A DNA stretch of 64,000 nt from Lama glama. Lineage: Eukaryota. Shown one piece after another: positions 22,201 to 34,929 of this stretch. Position 1 is the stretch's first letter, and every line of letters starts with the position of its first letter. The DNA is taken from assembly GCA_028534125.1 (NCBI GenBank), contig CM052816.1:25360001-25424000 (forward strand), given 5' to 3'. The translations under genes were made by a program, and so were the position numbers. The notes beneath the pieces were generated by a model that saw nothing but the letters and a program-made list of their open reading frames with translations, had not been told where the DNA came from and did no database searches.

Positions 22201-24259
22201 ATTTTCTGACTATAGGATTTTGTCATATTTACCACAACTATAAACTTAGGTATTTTTAAAATAAAGATTAAATTACTTTTTCAAACTTAGCCAAATTTGG
22301 TTAATTCTTCCAGATTTTTATGTGCTAAGTTATATTTTTTATATATAATGTATATGTATGTACATTATACCTATATAATCATTATAATAAAATCATCACA
22401 TGTATGGTCTGTGAAACACAGCTACACTTCAAGAAACATTCGTGTGTCTCAGTGCTTGGAAAAGAGAGTAGAGGCTGACAGATGAAGGGATGATGCAATG
22501 GCCCAGCCTTAGGACCACCCAGCCAATCCTGCCTTCTTTTCCGATGAACCTGAGACTCACCCCAAACTCCCTCTGAGACTATTACTCCAGATAACTGCTT
22601 TGAATAATCAGAACGGCCAAGAGATAAAACCTCCTTACCATCCTGACTAGCAATTCTCTAACAGAAGATAGTACTCAAATTTTTCAAGGTTTTTGTAAAG
22701 GGCTTTATGTGAGTGACACTCTTACCGATTAACGGTAGTCTGAGGCTATTCAGGAGATTTTCGTAAGCAGTGGTGGATTTCATTGGTCAGGATAGCCTGT
22801 GCCTGAAGAATGCAGATTAACAAGACAGATGGCTAACGAGAGATGTTAGCAAGTGACCACGCCCAGAGATTTTTCTCCATTAGATCTGGAAGCTTAGACA
22901 TGCAGAGACACAGAGCATGTTGATATGAAACTAGGTGGCAATTGTTTTATGTGTTTGTTTGTTTGGGTTAAAAAACTTAAAGACTTTGTTTCTTGCAAAA
23001 GCCTGCTCTTAATTTTACCAGCCAACACTGCAAATATCCATGACATTGGTGTTAGGTAGATTGGGTAGGACAGGGTAGAGCTATAGTCACCCCTCATCAC
23101 GTCATCAATGCTGTTTTCTCATGCCTATCAGGTCCAACAATACCACTTTCGTATGCAAGGACAAGTTATTTGAAGGATTATTCCCATTTTACTGAGAGAC
23201 TGTCATTTGTCATCTAACAATGATGTTGGTTGACTGATAATGCCACGGAAGAACATTAAAAATCTTGTTTATACTTCAATACTTTATCCAAGTTGTTTTA
23301 GAACCAAACATTTTCAAAAAGGCCAATTCTGTCTGTTCAATAATCCAAACATTTGTTTTAAATGGGAATCTCAGGCTGAAAAGTGAGCAGTAAAAAGTAG
23401 AATTGAGCTAGATATTGACATAACAAGGTGCAATAGTCAGTGTGTATATCAGATTTAATTTTGCTTAAGAAGTGAATTTCTTCAGCTTATTTTTTAATTA
23501 GCTTAAGCAGCCACATTCAGGAGCCAATAACACTGACTTACGGGAACTGAATTACTGAAAGAGTTCTGCACCCAGGCTCTAAATCACAGGCCTTGAGCTG
23601 ATCTCATAATTAACACCGAGCTGAAGCACTGCTTCCAGTGCTGCAGAAAACACCACCAAAGAGCGGATGGGAAACGGCAATCATTATACCCAGGCAGTAG
23701 CATCTCAGGGACTACAAAGCTTTGCTGAACATTGGGACGTCAGTTACATCAATGTGCTAAGCAGTTAATGTCCTGTCAGGCACATCTGTGTTTACTACCA
23801 CCAGATACTCCCAGCTGTTCACATTGCCTCTGTTTGATGGTCATTCTGGGACCTGCCTGATGTTGAGAAGCGTGTTATTAGAGAAGTAAATTCCTTACTG
23901 AAGATTGATCAGGGAGGGATGTAAACTCCGGGAGCCTGGAGTTGGTTCATAAAGTTGAGGACATAGACATGTACTGGCAATTATAGAAGGTGAATTTATT
24001 TAGGACTCTTGATCAGGGCTTTTAGGGGTCTGTTATTGCTTTGGTTTGAATTATGCTTTGAAATCATTCCTGTAGTTAGATTCTTTTAGGGCACTTTAAA
24101 TAAATATAAACCGTTCCTTTTCTTAGGGACTGGAAGCAGGTAGGTGCCTTGCTGCTATACAGATAAGGAGAAAGAGCTGTTGATATGCCAAGAGCAGCCT
24201 CTTAATCAAACAGCTGGTTACTGAGGCCAGGTGCCCTATGTTTAAAAGAGAAAGGGTAA

Positions 24260-24660
24260 TGTGTCTGTGCTGAGGATCCTTAGTTTGCCCCTCCCAGATC
24301 CCCTCTCTGACCCTCTCGACCATGCTCTGGGCATACAGAGCTCCTCAGGACTCCTGAGCCTTCTGGCTTCGGCTTGTGCTCCGTCTTTGGGGGCCCCTGG
24401 CAGGAGGGGCAAAGAAGGTAAGAGAGCACTCTCTCCCTCCATCTGGCCTGCCCCACTTCAACTGGCTCTATCAAAGTTCATAGAGCAGAAGCTTCAGGAC
24501 TGTCCTCTTTGGCTTTCTCTGAGCTTCGGGTGGTATCTGCAGCTCTGTTACTCCCAGGGCACTGTACCAGCCCCTGTTTTCTCCTGACACCCTGTACTCA
24601 CCTTTCTTCCTCTATTAAACCCTCCTTGAACTATCCTGGTTTGAGTGTGCCAGCCCCAAA
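24260..24660 (+). mobile_element. LTR33-family (ERVL) solo LTR
   Basis: 'tgcccctcccagatcccctctc', 'ccttctggcttc', 'gggtggta...ctgttact...gggcactgtacca', 'ctattaaaccctccttgaactatcctggtttgagtgtgcc'. Confidence 0.75.
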
Positions 24661-27034
24661 TAAGCTAACGGGCTCTTTGATGGAGAAAATGAATTCGTAC
24701 TACATAAACAGTAAGAAAAGTGATCAAGACGTGGGTTGTTTTGCAAGGGAAGAGCACACCTGAACCCAAACAGCTCTTGATACTTTACCAAGGAATGAGG
24801 TCATAAAGTCTATGGTGTTTTCTCCTAATTCTCTCTCCTCCTAAAATATTTCTAAGATAGAGGAAAGGGAAGACTACCTGGCAAGTCAGCATCACCCACC
24901 AGAGTAGGACATGGTCTTACACAAACTTTTACAATGGATCCCAGGGGCTGTCCACCCCACCTCCATTCTTACTTTCTGTGCTCTCCCTGCCAGCCTAACA
25001 AGAATACTTTGGCATGTCCTCTGGGCAAGAGATACAATCTGATATGAACCAAAATGTTCTAGTGTGGGTGGAAAATGTAAACCCATTTTACAGTTAAACT
25101 CTGAACTGTTCAACCTTAGACTCTCCTACCACCACTTAAAACTGTGGTCGGCAATTTTGGAACCCTCAAACATTGGTTAAAGCAACTTAGCATATGCAAA
25201 GTATAAACATGCAAAAATACCACACAAAGCAAGAGCAGCCAACCACTTTCCTACTTAATTATTGTAGCAATTTCCTACTCATGCAATCATATCTGGTGGC
25301 CAAGTGTCATGGGATAGGCTTTGGTTTTGATCGCTAACCAAAGTGAAATTTAAAGATTGGTATGAAGAGGGAAGTGCTTAGTAGTGGTGGTGATGGTGAT
25401 TACTGCCTTCTTGATAAAACTTTCATTGCTCCAGGGTGTAGGACTTGCATCTTTCGTGGAGTGACCCAGCAAAGCGAAATGGCTCAGAGTCCTCAGTAAG
25501 CTTCCCCTGGTTAGAATAAGGAGTTCTGCTGCTCGCACTGGTGATGGACCACCTTCCTGGAGCTGCTCAAGATCTCCACAGGTACAGCCATTTCTTTTTT
25601 GGCAACTTTATTGTCAGACAACCTGCCTTCTGGGTATGTTGTTATCACTGTAGTCAACTGATGTTTCTGACATTGTTCTTGGCAAGCTCAGTTTTCCAGG
25701 GCCCTGCTCAGGAAGAAAGCATGAAAAAGCCTGGCACTGTTTTATGCATTTTTCCTTCTTGTGTGTTATATTTCACAAAAATAGAGGTGGGGAAATTATA
25801 CTTTAAAAGAATACATGGCACCGCTGAATAAAGAAAAAGAGTGACATTCATCTACAGAAATCTGTCACTGCCAGACTTTCCCAGGAGAGAGTCCTGAGGT
25901 GTGTGGAGTTTTAGCAGACTGTTTGCAACTGTTTAGTTTGCTTTTCTTTTAGTCATATGTAGTAGATTCACCAAATTTAACTTATAACAAAACTCAGATT
26001 TACAAAGAAAACAGGAATACTTTGTCTTAAACTCATATGAGCTTCCAACCTTGTCATTATCCACACCTCCCAGTCCGAGATCCTGGCCAGCTCCCCATCT
26101 CCCACCTGATGTTCAGTAGGAAAAAAAAATGGCTTAGTGTTCAATTTTGTTTAAAGTGTAATCCATTCTAATAATTTAAACAGCCTATTTACAGTGTGTA
26201 GTCATTTGAGTAAGCCTTTTTTCCTCTGAGGTAGCTCCCATGCCCTGTTTCTTTCCTGGTGATATTTTTGGGGGATATTGGTTGCAAGTATGGCTTATGA
26301 AACTTTCCAGAACTGGAGAAGAGTTAGGGCCTTTCTGTCTCAACTTTTCTGCCTTTTCTCCATTCATGTGCGGCTTACTCTGAAAGTGTTCACAGCTGAA
26401 TTCTGCAGCGAGGTAACTCGTGATGTTGACTCAGTTGGGTTGGAGCCCATTAGTGCTCTCAGGCGATTTTGACCTCATTTGGGTTTGTGCTCCATCTGCA
26501 GATTTCTGTGAGTTGTGGCTTTGACTTCCATTTGACCCTATCATGGTTATCCCCTCAGCTGCCTGTGCTGTGAGGTATCTTACATCACACCTCCCTCTGG
26601 CCTCTTCTCCAGTCGGTCTCTACTACTACATGTTCTGTCTACACCTGTTAGGAAGCAGAGGTGCTTGGGAAAACTAAATTTCAGGGATTTCCTCTGCCTG
26701 GATGTGGTGCCCCATTAGGTTGACATGATCTATCCTTTATCAGGGTAAGGAGGTCTCCTCTCAGAGTCAGAAAGGCGAATAATGGCAAAAAATGATACCC
26801 TAACAGCCCTTTCAGTATATTTAACGTGATTCCTCTTTTCTAAGATAATAGCCACAGAGGAAACTCAAGAGACATACAAACATGGCCATATAACCATCCA
26901 TTCTACCTCCATGTCTCCTCACACAGATTTCCTGGGATTAGAAAGAAAGCCCTTATTTAAAGTACTTACTTATATCTTTCTTCCTCACTCCTGCTAAGCC
27001 CCAGTAATATCAGAAATGTCTGCTCTATACTATG

Positions 27035-27454
27035 TGTATTAGTCAAGTAGAGTAATTCTGTTATAACAACAACCCCAAATCTTGTTCACATAATATTATA
27101 CAGATTTATTCTCAGTTCCACCACAGTCTAATGTGGACCAGGGGGGATACTGGGGACCAAGATGCTTTGATGCATAGAATTATTCAGGACCCTAGGGTCC
27201 TTCCAACTGCTAACTGTACCATCTTCTAGGATATCTGAGTTCTTCACTGGGTCCTCTGCATTTGGCTGCAGATGAGGAAAAAGAGACTGGAGGAGTGACA
27301 GGTTTGGATGCCAAGCCTAGAAGTGATAAGGATCACTCCATCCTCACTCTATTAGCCATTTAACTGCAACAGAGACTGGGAAACACCATCTACCTGGGTG
27401 TCCAGGAGCAATATGAGACAGGTGTAATGAACATATGGCGGTGTCTCTGTCACA
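27035..27454 (-). mobile_element. MLT1J/K/L-type solo LTR
   Basis: Starts 'tgtattagtca...ataacaacaaccccaaatct'; internal 'gcctagaagtg', 'taactgcaacagagactgggaaa'; ends 'gtctctgtcaca'. Confidence 0.8.
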
Positions 27455-27882
27455 GTCTAGTGACACAGTCTATTAACTGAGCCCACCAAGATTGATAGTT
27501 GATATTGTAACGGTAGGGGAAGAAGTGGGAGGAGGAGGTTAAAGGAATTTTCAAATCTGCTCTCAAGCTTTGAGCTTCCATTTTAGAAGCTGAATATCTT
27601 TCACTTCAGCCTCCTTTTTAAATGAAATACTAATCTCCACTGGGGATATAAGTATCTACTATGAGCTAGAGTAAATGTCTAGTATGTGGGCAGGAGCAAA
27701 GTATTTTTTAGTAATTTAAGAATTACCCTATTACCATATAATGTGAATAGATTTAACTTCCTCTACACAAATATAAATATGAGAATGAACTAGCATAGAC
27801 AAGGGTCAGTGAGAAAAGATAAACACGCTGGTTTAGAGACCACTTAGTAAAACAGTTTTGAAGATAAATCCTGGTCCACACA

Positions 27883-28038
27883 CAAGGCCAGCCTCATAGA
27901 CATGCAGCCTATATAGTCATTCAAAAGGGCCTCATGCTTGGTTCTGCTGTTGTCATCTTGAAATGCTTAATAACTTTTTAACATGGAGACCTTCATTTCC
28001 ATTTTGCACTGGGCACCACAAACTGGTAGCCTTTTCTG
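27883..28038 (+). mobile_element. MER53 hAT element
   Basis: 'ctgctgttgtcatcttgaaatgcttaataacttttt...catttccattttgcactgggcaccacaaa' matches the remembered MER53; degenerate 8-bp flanks tccacaca/ctcataca. Confidence 0.85.
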
Positions 28039-28324
28039 CTCATACATGATCATGCCCAAAAATGATAAGATAGCTCTAGATACTAAGTGCCTTCAAACCA
28101 TGATCTGAAAAGCCCTTAGGATTTGGTAGCAGTTCCTCAGAGGTGTCTGCATGATGGAGATGGAGGGGAACCAAGCAGATGTTCTGCTGCCCACTTTTAT
28201 TCATTGTGTGCATCAAGTTGATACATGACAATTCATGTGAGAAAGAAAGTCAATGCTAAAACAAAGTTGAAAGCCATTGAAATACAAAACTCCTCTCTGC
28301 TTTGAGACTGTACCAGAAAGTCAA

Positions 28325-28470
28325 CTGTAGTGAGGTGAAAACAGATCTCAAACTTGGTTTCAGAACAGCTGGGTTTATTCCTAATTCTGTCATTTATTAA
28401 CTTTGGGAATCTTACACAAGACATAATTTCTCTTAGTGTCAGTTTATCTCTTAAATTGAGATGATAATAA
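28325..28470 (+). mobile_element. MIR SINE
   Basis: 'ctgggtttattcctaattctgtcatttattaactttgg...tctcttagtgtcagtttatctcttaaattgagatgataata'. Confidence 0.65.
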
Positions 28471-29704
28471 ACTTGGTATGATTATTGTTTTCATTGTATG
28501 AAATATCAATACTATATATAAATAAAAGGCACTATAATAGTATATAAACATAGTTTGAATGGATTTCTTTATTTTTAAATATTTTAATATAAAATTAATA
28601 CAAAATTGATATGAACAATAAGGGTGTGAAAAGAAAGAATAGAGCATATTTGATCCCACATATCTTAACTATTTGCTGATTATAGGCCTTACATGACAAG
28701 TATTATTAATAGTATTATGTTGTCGACTCAGTAGACATATTAAAATTAAATGAACAAGATATCAGTCAACTGTGGTTTTCCAAAGAGTGCTTAATTAAGT
28801 GGCATTTGGTACTTAGAATATTGAGAAACATCACTTCTGTTCCCCAATGCTCCAGAGTATACTGACAGAATTAGAATCCTGGAACTCTGCAGCAGCTGCC
28901 TGCCACTCCCAGATATTTCTGAAGAATAAATGAATCTACTCTCAGCTAGTGTACTTAATGAATTCTAGAGGTTTTGGGCCCTCTGTGGCTTTCTGTCTTG
29001 GTGACTAAAGGAAGACAGGTCCCATTTGGTGTCTCTTCCTTGATTTTGCTCCTTGAACTATAACGACACAGTAAAGTGAAAACCCTGTACAAGGAAAAAA
29101 GACTTTCTCCCTGGAGCAGAGCTTCCCTTATTTTGTTCCCTCCCCCTGCCAATGGATTCAATCCCAGTTTTTCAAGACCCTCCCATTTCAGAAGGCTCTT
29201 CCCAAACAGTAGACAGCTTTATATCTCTCACCAGTAACTTGGGAGAGAACAGGAGGGACAAAGTAATAGGAAAGAATTCGAAAAAAACAAAATTTTCCAA
29301 AGAGGAAATAAACCCCAAAGGAAACCAATTTAAAGAGTACTCCACTGGCAGGAAGAGCCCTCAGCCTCTTTACTTTTCTCCCTCTTCTGTAGGAGAGTGG
29401 TTTTATTGTCCTTGTCTTTGATGCACATAGCAGAGGTCTTTCTGGTTGGAGCCAGAATGAGCTACAGATAGGAAAGGCAAAGCCTTGAGTTCTCCATAGA
29501 AGTAAGAGTTTACAGTCAACATGTATCTCTGATTTTATTTGATAGATCATTCTTCCCTTGTCATCCCCATATATGATGACTTACCAGCATGCAACTGGTA
29601 GACCTGGGGTCTCATATAACTAAGTAGATATTGTCATATTGACTTAATATTGACGAACTGTCAGAGGGGTTATTGGTAAGAAAACCAAAATGATGATGAT
29701 GATA

Positions 29705-29965
29705 TGATAGTAATATGACTGACATTTTTAAGCATGTATTATTAGACTAAGAGTTGTTATGTTATCTTATTTCACCTCCATTAGGTATTACAATAATAAT
29801 AGCTAAATCAAAGAATTTAGCTATTATTATTTTCCACATTTCTCAGTGAGAAAATAGAAGCTCAGAAAGGTCAAATGGCTTGTCCAAAGCTGCACAGTTT
29901 GTTCCTAAGAGGGCCAGGACTTATGCCCAGGATTCCTGGGAATCAGAGTCCCTGCCCTTAGCCTT
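29705..29965 (-). mobile_element. MIR SINE
   Basis: 'ccacatttctcagtgagaaaatagaagctcagaaaggtcaaatggcttgtccaaagctgcacag...gggccaggac'. Confidence 0.8.
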
Positions 29966-30659
29966 CTCTTTACTGCCACTTTCAGGGCATAAAAATAACA
30001 TGGCTATGGGAACCATAAAAAGATAAAAAAGACCACTAGACTTGACAACTCCAAATTTAAATTTACATCTAGAACTACAAAAAGACAATGTACATTGACT
30101 ATTTTCTGGCAAATTTGATCTGTGATTAGAGTCAGAGAAAATTCATCAGTCCTACCTGCTGGCTTGGTGATTAGTGATTTCTTAGCTTTGAGACACTGTT
30201 CAAACAAAGTATGTTAGTCAGAGAAGGCATTGCTCTCAGTGGGGAGGAGGTGATTTTTCTAATTCTTCTTCATCTTTCAAATTGGAAAACACAATTTGAA
30301 TTTTATATCCTGGCCTTGCAAATCCACCGGGAGATCTCTTTAGCTCAAAGCTTCTGTTTTCACAATAAAGCTCACTCACCCCATTCATGCCATCACAAGA
30401 GCATGTATACCTTGAGCCTTCAATATAAATCACATTTAATCACACTTTGTTTATGTTTTTATTAGCTTTTAAGAATTTACCTTTGTAAGAGTTAAAAAGA
30501 AAATCTACACCTTTTACATTTTGGTGTCTGATTCAAATAAGAAAACATAGATCTAAACAATCATAGCCCTCAGAGTATAATCAGCATTTTAAGGTAAAAA
30601 TACTAGTTCTCCACCAGAACCTCTGGCAATACAGCCCATCAAATATTCAAACAAAAATT

Positions 30660-30785
30660 TCCTGCTAGACGATCCATGAAGGCTGGGATGATGGGCGGCC
30701 TGGTTCACCACTGGATGTTCCTAGCCTGGTGCAGGGCACAGCACATGCCAGGCAATTGTCAAAGAATTTGGAAGAATAAATACAG
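30660..30785 (+). mobile_element. L2 3' end
   Basis: 'ctagacgatccatgaaggctggga...tggttcaccactg...cctagcctggtgc...gcacatg...gaagaataaa'. Confidence 0.65.
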
Positions 30786-31008
30786 AGCTTCAAATCCTAC
30801 TTGTTCTCTTTATAGCCCCTTTCTCATATTCTGGGGCTGACACTGCAGGCAGAAATTACCACTGGCAGCTGGTTTTAGTTGACAGAATCGTCTCACAAGA
30901 CCTTTTTTATAAATTGAAATTTCAGTTCACTGAAATGGTTCCATCACTCATTATCATTGATCAGTGATTATAGTCAACGCATTGTGCCAGATTACACATG
31001 GTTCTTAC

Positions 31009-31097
31009 CTCCTCTATGAGATTTTGCTGTGATTTGGGGCCTCCACTAGATTTTGACCTTCTAGCAACCACCTGCCTCAATAAGCTGTCTAGATACA
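31009..31097 (-). other. Candidate 89-nt internal exon of an unidentified transcript
   Basis: Acceptor 'atttatttctattaaaccag|TG' and donor 'GAG|gtaaga'; one open frame (YLDSLLRQVVARRSKSSGGPKSQQNLIEE), not recognised. Confidence 0.25.
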
Positions 31098-31128
31098 CTG
31101 GTTTAATAGAAATAAATTGTAGCAAATG

Positions 31129-31194
31129 TGGGATTGGTAGGATGTTACTGAATTTGGGATTGGTAGGATGTTACCAAATTTGAGATTGGTAGGA
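31129..31194. repeat. 26-bp tandem repeat, about 2.5 copies
   Basis: tgggattggtaggatgttactgaatt / tgggattggtaggatgttaccaaatt / tgagattggtagga. Confidence 0.95.
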
Positions 31195-32489
31195 AAATAA
31201 TTAGATTTAACATGCCAAGCCACTTTGTATCCATGATGTTTCTCCTTAAGTCTTTTATTTTGGTTTCTTATAAATGCCTAAGTTCATTTAATTTCTTCTA
31301 CCTCGTCATTGTGGTACAAAGACTCCAAAACTCCCATCCTTCCTTCCCAAGCAGCTACTGAGAAATAGGTAGCATACATAACACGGAGAAGAAAGAGGTC
31401 ACAGCGTATACATTTTCTTTCTCTTCTGTTTCTCTCATAGACCTGGCCTGATTTCTTTGAAGCCTTAGGCCTGTTTTCAAGACTGCTTTCAGCTTTTTGT
31501 AATTCTAATGGTTCCTTCTTTCCTTGAGTTCCACATTACACATTGTTAATGCTAAATAAATGTTTCCGCCATTCTTGTCACCATTGCTTTCTTACTGGGT
31601 TTGTGTGCATTACTAAGTCCAATGGCAGAATCTCATTTCTTTGAATAGCTCAGCAATTTCGTGCACCTACCATAAAAACAAGCAAATTGACACCCTGCCA
31701 GGAGTAGCCAGAGGAGATCTTAGAAGAGAGTTCATAATGACACTGTTGCCATATTGCATGCCTGTAAATAATTCATTAAGTCAACCACCCTTTTGTTTTA
31801 AGCAAACACAAGCAGATGCCATTTTAAATTGGATTCAGACAACAGTCTTCAGAAAAACATTATTGTAATATGACACTTAAAAAGAATAACATATTTGCTT
31901 TATTGATTTTTGCAGTCGTAATACACAGTGATTACTTCTGTTATCCATTTTGTCTTACTCATGGGCTTCGTTCTTAGCTCTTATTATTTCATATTTGTGG
32001 GAATATGTGTGAAATTTCATTGTTAATGGCAAGAGTATGGAAAAGTAATGAGATCAATTCTTAATCAATCAAGTAAACCCAGGTTATTTTCCTGGTCAAC
32101 ACTATCAGCAAGTCTGTACTATTAGCACCAGAAGAGGAACTCTGCTGACTTCTTGATTCAAAAGAATATATGGAACCAGATTATTAAGGGAAATGGAACA
32201 ATTTCCAAAAGAGAAGCACCTCTGTCATCCTTAAAGGATTGATGAGTTACTGTCTTTGAGATAAACCAATGTATATGTAACAGTCACATAAACTTTGGGG
32301 CCAAAAATTTAGGTTTACATTTTCTAAAAGTAAAGACTTATCTGTGCTGACAGGACACTTTATTTGTTGAATTTATGTGTTTATTTATTAATATCTCTTG
32401 TTCTAGGAAATATTTTACCTGATTCACTTCTTGAAGTGGCCATTTAAAAAAATCTGGGTTCAGTAAACTGACTCATATTGATTATTATC

Positions 32490-32658
32490 GTAGTTTATAA
32501 TCGTAGCTGTAAAGTAGAATCACATATGGGAGCCTTTACAAAATACATATGCCCTGTGCCAAGGGGTTGAATTTAAGTGGTCTGAATGGGCCCTGGGCAA
32601 TAGATTCCATAAAAGCTCCCCAGATATTTCTTATGTGCAGCCGTGTTGAAAACTATTG
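32490..32658. mobile_element. MER5-family (hAT-Charlie) element
   Basis: 'tagaatcacatatgggagcctttacaaaatacatatgcc', 'aagctccccagatatttcttatgtgcagccgtgttgaaaactattg'. Confidence 0.8.
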
Positions 32659-33217
32659 CAGTTATCTATTGACTAGATATTCTCATTTATTTGGGTGATC
32701 ATCATGACTGGGGAATTTTTAACACATTGGAACCTAGTTATTAGGAGACCATGGGTTATCATTATTATCAGTATAAAGATATGTACAAAATTATAGGATG
32801 CTGAACTGGAGGCAAGTTTGGAGATAGGTCTTCTCCATGGTGTAAATGAACAAAAGCTCTAGAAGATCACAATGCTAGTTAGCGTTAAGTCTAAATTAGA
32901 ATCTTAGAGTATATCTCAGAATTCTGACCCAATTGTTACTCTGTTATACAGAGAATCTGAATTGGCCAAAGTGGACATAGTTGTCATACCACTGGGTCTA
33001 GTCTAGCAAGAAAAAGAGGTATAGAGAAGAGAAAGCAATCAAGGGGCTCTGGGAAAACAAGAGCTCAAGTCTGGAAAGTCAGGGAGCAGAGAGAAGAAAC
33101 ACTGAGGAGGTTGAAGAGTCAAGGGTCAGCTACAAAGTGGGTGCTGCAGAATATGACAGCAGGAACCCAAGACAGATTCTGGATTTAAAGTAGTCAGAGT
33201 TAGGCAAAAAGTTTAGG

Positions 33218-33265
33218 CACAACATTGTAAAATGACTATAACTCAATAAAAAAAAATGTTTAAAA
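33218..33265 (+). mobile_element. Very short young L1 3' tail
   Basis: 'cacaacattgtaaaatgactataactcaataaaaaaaaatgtttaaaa' is a laurasiatherian-type L1 terminus; imperfect TSD aaaaagtttagg/aagaagttcagg. Confidence 0.8.
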
Positions 33266-34929
33266 AAGAAGTTCAGGAACAGGCACAAAATGCAACAACC
33301 ATAGTAGAGGTGGAGGTGCTTCTTAGAATCAGTGAATGAATGGTGTGCTTCCTGAGTAATGTGGGTTGGCCCAGACTATGGGCAGAGACAAGGTGGTGTG
33401 CCTGGCTAGAGTCAGGCAGAGATAGGATGGGGGAAGTTGTCGTTGATAGTCAACACAGCTCAGTCAGAACTTCAATGCCTAATAGAATCCTTGGGGGATA
33501 CCCTTGTAAAGGGAAACCCTAACCAGAAGTTGTGGTATCACCATTAGTTAAACAGTTAGAATATTAGTACAGGGTTTATTTGTTCCTCCAAGGTTCTCAT
33601 GGTGGTTAAAATGATTTTCAGCGACCCTCCTGACCTATATAGCTAAGGAAACGTTGCTGACTGCCTCTTTTCTGTTATCTATTAAAAAAAATAGAAAAAC
33701 TAAAACTTTGAAATGATCTGCTATTACTGTCGCTTCAAATGCTGGTATGATAGTCACTTCAGTAAGATTATTTTTGTCATTCTATAGGTAATACATGTTT
33801 ATAAGCTCTTAATTTTCTTGATATTAACTTAAGGAAACAACTTTATCTCCTTTTCTTTGTAATACTTTATAGCGTATGCTTTCCTTCCTGGAAAACAAGT
33901 GTTAGAATGAAGTATTATAGGTAAACTCTTAGGGATGAAATAGAAGAATAACTAAATTTCTTTTTTAAAATAGATGGAATAAATGTATTTTTCTGTATAT
34001 ATTTTATTCTTAAAAAAATCATTTTGTATTTAAGAAGAATCATTCCGTAACATATATGCAAGGTTTTTAATTGTGTGTTCACTCAGCAACAGGTTTTTGG
34101 AAAAGAAAATTTTAGACAGCATTAGCATAGCTTTGGACCTAAAACTATATGAGTTAGAAGAAACATTTATGCTCCCTCCTATCCAACCTCCCCCTGCAAC
34201 TTAGATTCACATGTAATTAGTTGTTTCTAACTCCTTTGAAGAATTGATTCAGTAATATAATCATCATCCTTGTGTAGTCTTGGGGAAGTCAAAAAGTCAC
34301 ATATTAAGGTAGCCATTTGAAATTGTCTTTCTCTTCCAGAAAATTTTGTTTCAATGTATTTTGGTTATTTAGAGAAACATTCAAGAATTTCACATATCAT
34401 TTTAGCCCTGGGCGTTAGTAATAGTCTAATCTTGATAGAGTTTGAAATTGTGTCATTTATGTGACACCTATGATATACTGATTTTTTTTTTGAGAGCAAG
34501 AAGAACAAGCACTGAACTCTCTTTCAGAGAGATTTACAGCATTAATAACCCCAGGCTGTTTTAAGTCACAGTCAATCTTTATTGAAGAAGTACAGAGATT
34601 ATACAGCAATTCTTAATTTTTTTCCTCCTAGAATTGCAAACAGATATCTCACATACACATTATTTGAAGAAAACAGTGCATTCACACTTTAAGAATATGC
34701 CTAAGGTCATTACTTCCCCTTTTTAAAAAATTCTTTTCCATCTGTGCTCTAATGTACAGTGAAAAAAGAGCACTCTGTTGAATTTATCAAATCCAAGAAG
34801 GGTCTCAAATTTAAACATATTTGATGGTCAGAAGTACATAGTCCTCCACATAAACACCAGGTTGTCAGTTTTGTAGGGCAAGCCTGAGAATGCCTGAGGA
34901 TGAGATGCAGGATCTGAAGAGCTGTACAG

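Noticed and set aside
22342..22370. AT-rich inverted repeat tataatgtatat/atgtacattata
   Set aside because: Low-complexity TA/TG sequence self-complements easily.
22040..22730. Several minus-strand donor motifs (22046, 22561, 22639, 22726)
   Set aside because: Only one has a moderate acceptor partner (22657); too weak to call exons without data.
29152..29421. 89-aa hydrophilic ORF as a microprotein or processed pseudogene
   Set aside because: No recognisable homology, poly(A) or TSD; the K/E richness follows from a local A-rich tract.
31129..31194. CRISPR-like repeat array
   Set aside because: The units are head-to-tail with no unique spacers, there are no cas genes, and the context is mammalian.
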